A DNA stretch of 62,298 bases, taken from assembly GCA_903925275.1 (NCBI GenBank), contig CAIYES010000164.1:1-62298 (forward strand). The letters are read 5' to 3'. The notes beneath the pieces are model-generated. The model was not told the DNA's origin, made no database searches, and saw only the letters and a program-made list of their open reading frames with translations. Below are positions 1 through 9,444 of the stretch, in pieces (positions within the stretch are counted from its first letter, which is position 1; every line of letters begins with the position of its first letter). A program made the position numbers and the translations under genes. The stretch comes from an uncultured Bacteroidales bacterium (GTDB taxonomy: Bacteria > Bacteroidota > Bacteroidia > Bacteroidales > FEN-979).

Positions 1-1313
1 TCAGATCAATTCTCACCGCCCTGGGCATCATTTTCGGAGTTGCCGCAGTCATCACCATGATGGCCATCGGAAACGGGGCTAAAAAAGAGATTCTCGACCA
101 GATGAAACTCGTAGGGGTCAACAACATCCTTATTGTTCCCAAATCTGAAAAACAAAAAAATACTTCATCTCAATCAGGAGATCAAAATTCCCAGTCGTCA
201 GAGCAGAATACAGACAAGAATAAAGGAAAATTTTCGCCCGGACTCAGCCTAAAAGATGCCGAAGCCATCAAAGAATTCATTCCGACAGTGTCAAAAGTAA
301 GCCCTGAGGTGATTTATGAAACCGACATTGTCAAAGATGGCATTAAAACCTCATCTAAATTTGTAGGTGTTACTCCCGATTTCTTTCATGTTTTTGCCCT
401 GGATCTTCAGGAAGGCCATATGTTCAACGATGAACAGCTTAAAGACGGAAAAGCCGTTTGCATCATAGGCCCCGTGATCAAATCCAAATTTTTCCCTACT
501 GAAAAAGCAGAAGGGAAAGACATCAAATGCGGTCCGATCTGGTTGCGGATCATCGGGGTATTGAAAAAAAGGGAAGTCAGCCAGTCAAGCATCGACAACC
601 TCGGCATTTCTGACTACAACAACTCTGTTTATGCTCCTATACAAACATTACTGCGCCGGTTCAGGGACCGTTCAATGATTACCGCAGCCTCCATTCATGG
701 CAGTAATGACTATTCTGATGATAACAATGGCATGAATATCGATGTAGGAGCAGATAAAAGTTTCAGCCAGATTGATAAAATCGTAGTTCAGGTGAAGGAA
801 AGCAGCGAAATCGGACCGACAGTTGAAATCCTGAAAAAGATGATGATCCGGCGTCATGCCGGTGTGGAGGATGTTGAAATAAAAGTCCCTGAACTGTTAC
901 TGAAGCAGGAACAACGCACAAAAGATATCTTTAACATTGTTCTGGGTGCCATTGCCAGTATCTCATTGCTGGTCGGCGGAATCGGCATCATGAATATCAT
1001 GCTGGCTTCAGTAATGGAACGCATCAAGGAAATCGGCATCCGCCAGGCCATTGGCGCCACAAAACGCGATATTGTATTGCAATTTCTTACAGAAGCTACA
1101 TTGTTAAGCATCAGCGGCGGAATGATCGGGATCATTCTGGGGCTTGCCCTTTCTAAAATCATCATGGAACTTACCGATATCCTTACCATCGTTTCCCCGC
1201 TTTCCGTAATCATTTCCTTTGGGGTTTCAGCTTCTGTCGGGATTATTTTCGGATATATGCCTTCACAAAAAGCTGCCCGTCAGGACCCTGTTGAATCTCT
1301 GCGACATGAATAG
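1..1313 (+). CDS. ABC transporter permease, MacB/FtsX family (5' end cut by window edge)
   Basis: The frame of ORF 57..1313 stays open back to nt 3. That stretch reads RSILTALGIIFGVAAVITMMAIG, a typical MacB N-terminal TM helix. A large periplasmic domain follows, then a C-terminal FtsX-type TM bundle (GGIGIMNIMLASVMERIKEIGIRQAIGATKRDI). The stop overlaps the start of a TolC-family gene. Confidence 0.85.
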   Translation, partial: RSILTALGIIFGVAAVITMMAIGNGAKKEILDQMKLVGVNNILIVPKSEKQKNTSSQSGDQNSQSSEQNTDKNKGKFSPGLSLKDAEAIKEFIPTVSKVSPEVIYETDIVKDGIKTSSKFVGVTPDFFHVFALDLQEGHMFNDEQLKDGKAVCIIGPVIKSKFFPTEKAEGKDIKCGPIWLRIIGVLKKREVSQSSIDNLGISDYNNSVYAPIQTLLRRFRDRSMITAASIHGSNDYSDDNNGMNIDVGADKSFSQIDKIVVQVKESSEIGPTVEILKKMMIRRHAGVEDVEIKVPELLLKQEQRTKDIFNIVLGAIASISLLVGGIGIMNIMLASVMERIKEIGIRQAIGATKRDIVLQFLTEATLLSISGGMIGIILGLALSKIIMELTDILTIVSPLSVIISFGVSASVGIIFGYMPSQKAARQDPVESLRHE

Positions 1314-2811
1314 CCAAACGACCATGCGAATGAAACAGCTAATCCATTTCTGCACTGCATTTATTCTAATCTGCAGTCTGAATGCCAGCGGCCAGGGAAA
1401 TGTTCGATACCTTACCTTGCAGGAGTCAATCGAAATCGCAAAAGCCAATTCTCCCGATGCATTGAATGCTAAACAGGTTTTCAGAACCAGTTACTGGGAA
1501 TTCAGATCCTACCGCGCCTCCAACCTGCCTGCCCTGGGACTATCGTCTACCCTGCCCTATTTGAACCAGGGTTTTTCAACTTACCAGGACAGCTCGGGAA
1601 ACCGGTCTTATGTTCGTTCCCAATATCTGAGTACGAAAATGTCCCTGGGGCTTACGCAACAAATAGGCATCACGGGAGGAACAATATCGCTCAATTCTTC
1701 GCTGGAGGGAACCTGGAATCAGGCAGGGGGCAATTCCGATCCGTTCCTCAGTATTCCGATAAATGTCGTGCTCAACCAGCCGTTGTTCACATTTAATAAA
1801 TTCAGGTGGGACCGGAAAATCCAGCCGCTGAAATACACTCAGGCAAAACGGAAATACCTTGAAGACATTGAACAGATCTCAATCACGACGATAAACTATT
1901 TCTTTAATCTTTTACAGGCCCAGGTCGAACAAAAAATCGCCAGGGTTAACCTGTCCAATTACGATACCATGTTCCGCATTGCCAAAGGCCGGTTTCAGCT
2001 GGGAAAGATAGCTGAAAACGACTTGTTGCAAATGGAACTCAATTTCCTTAAAGCACAGGCTGCTGTCGAAAATGCCGACCTGAATCTCGAAAATGCACAG
2101 TTCCGCTTCAAATCCTATGTACGCATTAAGAATTCCGAACAGGTGCGTCTTGTAGCCCCGGCAGATATTGGTTTTTTTACCATCGACCCCACCTCTTCAG
2201 TCGGTCTGGCCGTCGAATACTCATCAACATCGCTTGACTTTAAAAAACGGCTGCTGGAAGCAGCCCGCCAGGTTAATGCCGCAAAAATGGAGGATCGCTT
2301 TGATGCAAATATCCATGCAGAGATAGGGCTCTCAAAATCCGGGGCGACGGTTCCCGATTCCTATATCAAGCCACTCGACAACCGAACCCTCGCAGTCGAA
2401 CTCACTATTCCCATCCTCGATTGGGGCGTGGCCCATGGAAAGATCAAAATGGCAGAGTCGGAAGAAGAGATCGTAAAAAACTCCATTGATCAGGAAAATA
2501 TCGATTTCAAACAAAATGTTTATCTTAAAGCGGTTCAGTTCAATATGCAAAAGAATCAGGTCAGGATTGCAGCCAAATCCGATACCGTTGCAAAAAAAAG
2601 CTTCGATGTAACAAAAGGCCGGTACCTGATTGGAAAAATAAACAGCATACTCGACCTGAACAATGCCCAGATCGAAACTGACGGTGCCGAAAAAGCCTAT
2701 TACATGGCATTGCAGACATACTGGCAAAACTACTTCGAAATGCGTAAGCTTACCCTGTTTGACTTCCGCGACAACAAACCCCTTGAATTCGATTTTACCG
2801 ACATTAAATAA
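1306..2811 (+). CDS. TolC-family outer membrane efflux protein
   Basis: Start chosen at the ATG at 1306, which gives MNSQTTMRMKQLIHFCTAFILICSLNASGQ as signal peptide and overlaps the upstream stop. The body has two long alpha-helical coiled repeats typical of OM efflux factors (LTLQESIEIAKANSPD..., LDLNNAQIETDGAEKAYYMALQTYW). It is positioned after a MacB-type permease. Confidence 0.8.
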   Translation: MNSQTTMRMKQLIHFCTAFILICSLNASGQGNVRYLTLQESIEIAKANSPDALNAKQVFRTSYWEFRSYRASNLPALGLSSTLPYLNQGFSTYQDSSGNRSYVRSQYLSTKMSLGLTQQIGITGGTISLNSSLEGTWNQAGGNSDPFLSIPINVVLNQPLFTFNKFRWDRKIQPLKYTQAKRKYLEDIEQISITTINYFFNLLQAQVEQKIARVNLSNYDTMFRIAKGRFQLGKIAENDLLQMELNFLKAQAAVENADLNLENAQFRFKSYVRIKNSEQVRLVAPADIGFFTIDPTSSVGLAVEYSSTSLDFKKRLLEAARQVNAAKMEDRFDANIHAEIGLSKSGATVPDSYIKPLDNRTLAVELTIPILDWGVAHGKIKMAESEEEIVKNSIDQENIDFKQNVYLKAVQFNMQKNQVRIAAKSDTVAKKSFDVTKGRYLIGKINSILDLNNAQIETDGAEKAYYMALQTYWQNYFEMRKLTLFDFRDNKPLEFDFTDIK

Positions 2812-2857
2812 TCGTTATTCTTCTGCCGTTTTATTCATACTGCTTCTAAATAATCGT

Positions 2858-2865
2858 TATCTTTG
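2858..2865 (+). promoter_or_regulatory. Bacteroidota sigma-A -7 box (TAtcTTTG) for the peroxiredoxin gene
   Basis: Exact match to the TAnnTTTG consensus, 35 nt upstream of the ATG at 2900. Confidence 0.5.
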
Positions 2866-2899
2866 CAAAAAAAACACTCAACCTTAAACATCATTCATT

Positions 2900-3532
2900 A
2901 TGGCAGTATTAGTTGGAAAAAAAGCTCCTTTATTTGAAGCCGAAGCCGTTATCAATGGCGGCGAATTTGTTGACAAGTTCTCACTTGCCCAATACATCGG
3001 AAAAAAACATGTGGTATTTTTCTTTTACCCTCTTGACTTCACGTTTGTCTGTCCCACCGAAATCATCGCTTTCCAGGATAAATTAGCTGAATTCGAGGCA
3101 AGAAATGTTGCAGTTGTAGGATGCTCGGTCGATTCAAAATTTTCACATTGGGCATGGCTCAACACTGAGCTGAAAAATGGCGGGATCAAGGGTGTGAAGT
3201 TCCCGATTGTTTCTGATCTTTCCAAGACCATTTCAGCAAACTATGACGTATTGGCCGGAGAATATGTTTATACTGAAGACGGCATTATGGAATTCGAAGG
3301 AGGCCCTGTTGCTTTACGTGGTCTCTTCCTTATCGACAAACAAGGTATCGTCAGGCACCAGGTTGTTAATGATCTCCCGCTTGGAAGAAGTGTTGATGAA
3401 GCTCTCCGTATGGTGGACGCGCTACAGTTCTTTGAAGAAAACGGTGAAGTTTGCCCTGCAAACTGGCATAAAGGCGACAATGGCATGAAAGCAACCGCCG
3501 AAGGTGTTGCCGATTATCTGAGTAAACACTGA
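2900..3532 (+). CDS. Typical 2-Cys peroxiredoxin (AhpC/TSA family)
   Basis: Peroxidatic Cys motif DFTFVCPTE and resolving Cys motif GEVCPANW. The 210-aa length fits the family. Confidence 0.92.
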   Translation: MAVLVGKKAPLFEAEAVINGGEFVDKFSLAQYIGKKHVVFFFYPLDFTFVCPTEIIAFQDKLAEFEARNVAVVGCSVDSKFSHWAWLNTELKNGGIKGVKFPIVSDLSKTISANYDVLAGEYVYTEDGIMEFEGGPVALRGLFLIDKQGIVRHQVVNDLPLGRSVDEALRMVDALQFFEENGEVCPANWHKGDNGMKATAEGVADYLSKH

Positions 3533-3557
3533 TTTACCTGACCCTTAACCGGAGAAG

Positions 3558-3591
3558 AGGCTGTTTCAAAATATTGGGACAGCCTTTTTTC
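3558..3591 (+). terminator. Rho-independent terminator hairpin between convergent genes
   Basis: aggctgt (3558-3564) pairs with acagcct (3579-3585), followed by a T run through 3591. Confidence 0.7.
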
Positions 3592-3634
3592 TATATTATC
3601 GTACCGCTAATTGCATCGATAAATCAATCCTGAT

Positions 3635-4408
3635 CTATTCTGCCCTTTTTGCCTCATTCCAGTAAACATCCATTTCGGCAAGGGTCATCTCATGCAAAGG
3701 TTTCTTTAATTCCCTTGCGCTTTCTTCAAGATGCCTGAACCTTTTGATAAATTTCCGGTTTGTTCCCTCCAGAGCATCTTCCGGGTTCACCTCAATAAAA
3801 CGGGCATAATTGACAATGGCAAAGATCAAATCCCCAAGCTCGTTTTCCTTTTTCTTATGGTCGCCTTTTCCCTCAACAACTTCCTTTAGCTCATTCAACT
3901 CTTCAAGTACTTTTTCCCACACCTGCTCTGGTTTTTCCCAGTCAAATCCAACCCCGCTTGCCTTTTCCTGAATGCGATAGGCTTTAACCATCGCAGGTAA
4001 ACCTGCCGGCACACCCGAAAGAACAGATTTATTCCCTTTTTCCAACAACTTAATTCTTTCCCAGTTATCATGAACCTCTTTGGCATCTTTCACCTCAACA
4101 TTGCCAAAAATATGCGGATGACGATGAATCAATTTCGCTATAATATTTTCGATTACGTCTTTGATATCAAACGAATTGCTTTCAGAGGCAATCTTTGAAT
4201 AAAAAACAAGATGAAGCATCAAATCTCCAAGCTCCTTCTTTATTGAATCCATGTCTTTCTGTAGAATTGACTCTGATAACTCGTAGGTCTCTTCAATAGT
4301 AAGGTACCTGAGTGATTCAATGGTCTGCTTCTTATCCCATGGGCATTTGGCTCTGAGCTCGTCCATGATTTCAAGGAGCCTCTGAAATGCAGCGATTTTC
4401 TCTTCCAT
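3635..4408 (-). CDS. mazG: Nucleoside triphosphate pyrophosphohydrolase MazG
   Basis: Tandem MazG domains with EExYEL and ELGDLxxxxV motifs (IEETYELSESI, ELGDLMLHLVF, ELGDLIFAIVN). Start taken at MEEKIAAFQRL (ATG at 4408) rather than the upstream ORF start. Confidence 0.88.
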   Translation of the reverse strand: MEEKIAAFQRLLEIMDELRAKCPWDKKQTIESLRYLTIEETYELSESILQKDMDSIKKELGDLMLHLVFYSKIASESNSFDIKDVIENIIAKLIHRHPHIFGNVEVKDAKEVHDNWERIKLLEKGNKSVLSGVPAGLPAMVKAYRIQEKASGVGFDWEKPEQVWEKVLEELNELKEVVEGKGDHKKKENELGDLIFAIVNYARFIEVNPEDALEGTNRKFIKRFRHLEESARELKKPLHEMTLAEMDVYWNEAKRAE

Positions 4409-4504
4409 CAATATTATTTTCAGCAAAAGTAAGCATTTCAAGTTTGTACCGTTATTATAAGTCAGAATTGTAGTTGAAAGTACCTGCAAATGGACAATTC
4501 ATGA

Positions 4505-4512
4505 TAAATTTG
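4505..4512 (+). promoter_or_regulatory. Candidate -7 box TAaaTTTG
   Basis: TAnnTTTG match 38 nt upstream of the 4550 start. Confidence 0.4.
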
Positions 4513-4549
4513 TCACCCGTTACCCGGCATGCCAGAAATTGATTAAAAA

Positions 4550-5716
4550 TTGAAATTCAAGTCTGCCCTCTATCGCTTCACGAGCATTGTGCTGCTGATA
4601 TTCATGTTTTCAACACATGGATCATCGCAGTTTCAGCATAAACTATTCTCTTCTAATATGGTCATCGAAGGGAAACTCCATTACGGTTTTTTATATGCCC
4701 AACACGTTGAACTTGAATTGTTCAATGCACATTTTCCAGCCTTCGAAATCAGCATTCAGAAAATGACGTATGGAAAAAGCAAATGGGAACGTGCATATAA
4801 TTATCCCTTGATTGGTTTGGCATTTTTTGGTTCAGGTTATGGCAATAATCCTTCTCTTGGCCAGGTATTCGCATTGATGCCTTTTATCAACTTCCCACTT
4901 TTCAAACACCGGAATTTTACAGCCGGGTTCCGTCTTGCCCTTGGCCTTGGATATGTGACAAAACCATTTGACCGTATTACCAATTATAAAAATCTGGCCA
5001 TCGGATCGCATCTGAATGCTGCAGCCAATATGATGCTGGAGGCAAGGTACAGGGTGAATTACTTCTTGACATTAAGCACCGGGATCAGTTTGCAACATTT
5101 TTCAAATGGGTCACTTAAACTACCAAACTATGGTCTGAATGCCCCATTGATCAATTTCGGGGTGGCTCTTCGTCCCTTTAAAGAGAATCAGAATATTGAT
5201 GATCGTTTTTATGCTCCTACCGAACCATTTGAAGCAATAATCCGTCATACGATCGAATTCAACGTTGGCGGGCTGCTTGGATTTAAAAACATGAAGGCTG
5301 TTTTTGGTCAGAATTTTTTTGTTTATCATATTTTCGAAAATACCCTCATCAGGATCAGCCAAAAAAGCAAAGTCGGACTGGGACTCGATTTTTCCTACGA
5401 TCCTTCTCAAATAAAAATACTTGAAATTCATGATATCCCGATAACCAATAAATTGAGCATAATACGTCCAGGTGTAAACGCTGCATATCAATTAATTATA
5501 TCTAAAATTGGATTTGTTTTCAATTTGGGCTGTTATCTTGGTGGCAAAGAAAAAAGCAATGGCCCACTTTATGAAAAATTATCACTTCAGTACGACTTTT
5601 CAAAAGATTTTTTTGCAACAGTAATGCTCAAAGTACATTGGGGCAGAGCTGATTATATAGGTTGGGGTCTGGGTTATAAATTTGATGTAAAATATGGAAG
5701 AAAAACTGTCAGATAA
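4550..5716 (+). CDS. Putative lipid A 3-O-deacylase (PagL-like) / acyloxyacyl hydrolase outer-membrane protein
   Basis: Signal peptide and beta-strand-rich sequence with an HFSNGS motif, which resembles the PagL His/Ser catalytic signature. The TTG start at 4550 is uncertain. Family assignment is from memory of the motif only. Confidence 0.55.
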   Translation: MKFKSALYRFTSIVLLIFMFSTHGSSQFQHKLFSSNMVIEGKLHYGFLYAQHVELELFNAHFPAFEISIQKMTYGKSKWERAYNYPLIGLAFFGSGYGNNPSLGQVFALMPFINFPLFKHRNFTAGFRLALGLGYVTKPFDRITNYKNLAIGSHLNAAANMMLEARYRVNYFLTLSTGISLQHFSNGSLKLPNYGLNAPLINFGVALRPFKENQNIDDRFYAPTEPFEAIIRHTIEFNVGGLLGFKNMKAVFGQNFFVYHIFENTLIRISQKSKVGLGLDFSYDPSQIKILEIHDIPITNKLSIIRPGVNAAYQLIISKIGFVFNLGCYLGGKEKSNGPLYEKLSLQYDFSKDFFATVMLKVHWGRADYIGWGLGYKFDVKYGRKTVR

Positions 5717-6461
5717 AACGGTTAAGCAGATACTATTGCATATCCTGTTATTTCTGGGAATGCTATGCATGATTCCGGGATGTGCAAAGGATGGAGGCGT
5801 CTGTATTTCAACAAGCGGACAGGTAATCCAACAGGCCCGGAACATTCCCGATTTTAATCAGATTGATTTACAGGACAATGTTAACCTGATCATTACCACA
5901 GATTCCGTCAATCAGGTCATCGTGGAAGCCGGCAAAAACATTATCAGCGGTATCACAACGAATGTTGTCGACCGGCAACTTCTGATCCGGAACAACAATA
6001 AATGTAATTGGTTCAGGGATTATAACAAGCCTATCAATGTAATTGTTTCCACCCACAGTCTGTGGAAGATAATTTACAATGGTTCCGGGAATATCAGTAC
6101 CTCAGGCACCCTGAAACAAGATTCATTAAGTTTGGAGGTCTGGGGTGGGTGTGGAACCATCAATCTATCGCTCGACCTCTGGCAGGGCAGTTTCAGCTTG
6201 AATATGGGGACAGTCGATTTCAGGCTTCACGGGGTTTGCGCCATCACATCAGTTTACTCAGGCGATTATGGTTTATATGATGCCAGGGATATGAAAACCG
6301 GTTACACATTCATTACCAACAAAGGATCGAACGACTGCTATGTTCAGGCAGTCAACGACCTTGAAGCAACTATTGGTTCTATTGGGAACATTTATTATAA
6401 AGGAGAACCAAAATCAATCAACATAAAAATCAATGGTTCGGGTAAGGTGTTGCCATTGTGA
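5694..6461 (+). CDS. Lipoprotein with DUF2807 / putative auto-transporter adhesin head (GIN) domain
   Basis: Lipobox MIPGC. Repeated beta-helix-like G-S-G blocks (NGSGNISTSG, GGCGTINLSL, IGNIYYKGEP..INGSGKV) are characteristic of DUF2807. Confidence 0.7.
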   Translation: MEEKLSDKTVKQILLHILLFLGMLCMIPGCAKDGGVCISTSGQVIQQARNIPDFNQIDLQDNVNLIITTDSVNQVIVEAGKNIISGITTNVVDRQLLIRNNNKCNWFRDYNKPINVIVSTHSLWKIIYNGSGNISTSGTLKQDSLSLEVWGGCGTINLSLDLWQGSFSLNMGTVDFRLHGVCAITSVYSGDYGLYDARDMKTGYTFITNKGSNDCYVQAVNDLEATIGSIGNIYYKGEPKSINIKINGSGKVLPL

Positions 6462-6463
6462 GG

Positions 6464-7939
6464 TCAATAAGCTCTGGCAAATAAAACCCGTTGATTCGAA
6501 GGTTTGCCGGAATAAACGCATTTCCCTGTTTCAAAAGTATTGTCAAGTGGAATGACCCTGATGGTAGCCTTGGTCTCTTCCTTGATTTTGACCTCAGTTT
6601 CAGCGGTGCCATCCCAATGGGCGGAAATAAAACCGCCTTTCTCATCCAGCACATTTTTAAACTCTTCCCAACTATCAACCCGGTATGTATTGTTCTCACG
6701 GAAAGAGAATGCCCGGTCATATAAATTCTTCTGTATCTGATCGAGCAGATGAATCACTTTATTCTCGATATCCGTAAGTTGCAATACCTCTTTCTCCAGT
6801 GTATCCCTGCGGGCAATTTCTACAGTTCCCTGTTCAATATCCCTTGGTCCAACCGTAAGGCGCACTGGTACCCCTTTGAACTCATATTCCGAAAATTTCC
6901 ACCCCGGTTTATGCGTGTCACGGTCATCATATTTTACAGTAATCCCTTTGGATTCCAATGCCTTCTTAATTGGCAGTACTGTCTTTGAAATCAGTGAAAG
7001 TTGTTCTGGCGTTTTAAATACCGGAACAATTGCCACCTGAATCGGTGCAAGTTTTGGAGGAAGAACCAGCCCATGATCGTCGGAATGCGACATGATCAAC
7101 GCTCCCATCAACCGTGTGGAAACTCCCCAGGAAGTCGCCCAGACATAATCCAATTGATTTTCCCGGTTAAGAAACTTTACATCAAACGCTTTTGCAAAAT
7201 TCTGTCCTAAAAAATGGGATGTGCCGGCCTGCAATGCTTTTCCATCCTGCATTAACGCTTCGATGGCATACGTTTCAATGGCTCCGGCGAAACGTTCAGC
7301 CGGCGATTTTGTCCCTTTGATCACCGGGATAGCCATCCAGTTTTCAGCAAAGTCGGCATACACATTAAGCATGGTTTCGGCCTCAATAACGGCTTCTTCC
7401 CTGGTTGCATGGGCTGTGTGTCCCTCCTGCCAAAGGAACTCTGTTGTTCTGAGGAAAAGACGTGTTCGCATCTCCCAACGAACAACATTAGCCCACTGAT
7501 TAATCAAAATCGGAAGGTCTCGATACGATTTAATCCAATTTTTATATGTATCCCAAATAATGGTTTCTGATGTAGGTCTGACTATTAACTCTTCCTCCAG
7601 CTTCGCATCCTCATCCACAATAATACCTTTTCCATCAGGAGAATTCTTTAACCGGTAGTGTGTAACAACAGCGCATTCTTTGGCAAAACCTTCAACGTGG
7701 CTGGCCTCTTTGCTGAAAAACGATTTTGGAATAAAAATCGGGAAATAAGCATTCGAATGTCCTGTTTCTTTAAATTTTTTATCCAAAACACCCTGGATTT
7801 TTTCCCAAATGGCGTAACCATAGGGTTTAATCACCATACATCCTCGTACTGCAGAATTCTCAGCTAAATCGGCCTTAATAACCAGATCGTTATACCATTG
7901 AGCATAATTTTCTGCGCGGGTAGGGAAATCTTTCGCCAT
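6464..7939 (-). CDS. proS: Proline--tRNA ligase (archaeal/eukaryote-like class II type)
   Basis: 491 aa. N-terminus [42 protein letters not shown], class II motifs, and a C-terminal ProRS-C1 domain ending in Y. Confidence 0.96.
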   Translation of the reverse strand: MAKDFPTRAENYAQWYNDLVIKADLAENSAVRGCMVIKPYGYAIWEKIQGVLDKKFKETGHSNAYFPIFIPKSFFSKEASHVEGFAKECAVVTHYRLKNSPDGKGIIVDEDAKLEEELIVRPTSETIIWDTYKNWIKSYRDLPILINQWANVVRWEMRTRLFLRTTEFLWQEGHTAHATREEAVIEAETMLNVYADFAENWMAIPVIKGTKSPAERFAGAIETYAIEALMQDGKALQAGTSHFLGQNFAKAFDVKFLNRENQLDYVWATSWGVSTRLMGALIMSHSDDHGLVLPPKLAPIQVAIVPVFKTPEQLSLISKTVLPIKKALESKGITVKYDDRDTHKPGWKFSEYEFKGVPVRLTVGPRDIEQGTVEIARRDTLEKEVLQLTDIENKVIHLLDQIQKNLYDRAFSFRENNTYRVDSWEEFKNVLDEKGGFISAHWDGTAETEVKIKEETKATIRVIPLDNTFETGKCVYSGKPSNQRVLFARAY

Positions 7940-8057
7940 TTAAATACTGGTATAATATTTGTTAATAATTCATTGCTTTATATGAGCGCAAAAATACGAA
8001 AAATATCCCGATTCTAAAGAGACAACAGACTTTCCAGATTTTAAAAGTGAACGCCTT

Positions 8058-9416
8058 ATGAAAAAATCAGCATTGATTATCGCAATCATCAGCCTTGCTG
8101 CCGTTGCCTGTACAACACAAAAACAGGCAACTTCCACTGTCAGCGATGATGTTTACTATTCCTCCAAAAGAAGTGAACAACCGGTTTCCAATACCCCCAA
8201 ACCGCAAACCACAACTGCCCAGGTCATCACAACTCCCGACACATTGAAGGTTCAAAAATCAAATTCATCTTCATTTGCAGATGATTACAACGATTATTCC
8301 TATTCTGGCAGGATCAGCCGATTCAGCAATAAAGATACCACCAAAGGATATTTTGATGAGTCTTTTGCTGACGGATCTTCAAATTCCAGCGAAGGAGGCA
8401 GCAATCCGAATGTGTCTATTTCCTTTGGATTGGGTACAGGCTACGGTGGGTTCTATAACTCCCCTTCGTACTTTGGCATGGGTTGGGGTTACCCATATTC
8501 GAGTTGGGGATGGGATTATGGGTGGGGTTTTCCCTATTCCGGCTGGGGATATAACTATGGTTGGGGTTACCCCTATTATGGATGGTATAATCCATGGTAC
8601 AGCCCATGCTGTTATTGTTACGGATACAATGACTGGAATAATGGCGGATATCCTTATTATAATTCCAATACCTATTATGGTTCAAGAAATTCCACTTACC
8701 GGACTGATGGAGGAAGAAGTACAATGAATTCCAGAAATTCTTCGAACCCTGTCAATGGCAACGTTATTCAGAACGACCGGTCGCGAGTCACACCCAATTA
8801 TTCCAGAAACACCGCCAAACCTTCAACACCAGTTGTTCCGGCAAACCAGGAAAAATATCGCTATACAAGGCCGGCAAACAACCAACAAACGATTTACCAG
8901 AGAAGTACCGGACGGAATCAGGTTCAAAATCAAAGTACAACGCAGCGTCAACCACCAACACCACGATACGTCAGACCGGAAAATGTAACCCCTGCACAGC
9001 GTTCAGGTTCTGCACAAAGTTATTCTTCACCGGTTTACAGACAACCCAAATCCAGTCAGGAATATCTTACGCCAAGGTCACAAAACCCTGGCACTACCAG
9101 GGCGTCGAATCAAAACAGTGGTATCAGGAGTAATTCTACCACTACAGGGTCTGGTACCCGTCAATATACACCACCGTCATCAAACAGAACTTACACGACA
9201 CCAACCAGATCGAGCTCATCGGGCAATTCGACCCCTTCACGCACTAATTCAACCTACTCTGCACCATCCCGTTCGGGAAACAGTGGATCTTATTCTGCTC
9301 CTTCTAATTCAAATGGAGGAGGAAGCTATTCAGCACCAGCGAGATCGGGTGGAAACAGCGGAAGTGCACCATCCGGAGGTAGCGGTAACAGCGGAGGTGG
9401 CGGGAGACGCAGATAA
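8058..9416 (+). CDS. Low-complexity lipoprotein with a W/Y/G-rich (YxWGxW-like) core and a long S/T/N/R/P-rich tail
   Basis: Lipoprotein signal (LAAVAC). Core reads GWGYPYSSWGWDYGWGFPYSGWGYNYGWGYPYYGW. The C-terminal ~250 aa are almost entirely S/T/N/P/R/G/Q and end in GGGGRRR. Coding status is supported mainly by ORF length and the signal peptide. Confidence 0.6.
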   Translation: MKKSALIIAIISLAAVACTTQKQATSTVSDDVYYSSKRSEQPVSNTPKPQTTTAQVITTPDTLKVQKSNSSSFADDYNDYSYSGRISRFSNKDTTKGYFDESFADGSSNSSEGGSNPNVSISFGLGTGYGGFYNSPSYFGMGWGYPYSSWGWDYGWGFPYSGWGYNYGWGYPYYGWYNPWYSPCCYCYGYNDWNNGGYPYYNSNTYYGSRNSTYRTDGGRSTMNSRNSSNPVNGNVIQNDRSRVTPNYSRNTAKPSTPVVPANQEKYRYTRPANNQQTIYQRSTGRNQVQNQSTTQRQPPTPRYVRPENVTPAQRSGSAQSYSSPVYRQPKSSQEYLTPRSQNPGTTRASNQNSGIRSNSTTTGSGTRQYTPPSSNRTYTTPTRSSSSGNSTPSRTNSTYSAPSRSGNSGSYSAPSNSNGGGSYSAPARSGGNSGSAPSGGSGNSGGGGRRR

Positions 9417-9444
9417 CTCATGTGTAACCAATAAACTTAAATCA

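Noticed and set aside
57-1313. ORF-track start (ATG at 57) as the true start of the MacB-like gene.
   Set aside because: The frame is open to the window edge, and the upstream residues form the expected first TM helix. The gene is therefore 5'-truncated by the window rather than starting at 57.
8275-9444. Overlapping alternative-frame ORFs in the low-complexity gene (8275..8727 +, 8416..8724 -, 8755..8988 +) and the N-terminal extension of ORF 9118..10911.
   Set aside because: Compositional bias removes stop codons in several frames. Only the 8058 frame has a lipoprotein signal. The OM barrel protein has its own signal peptide starting at the ATG at 9445.
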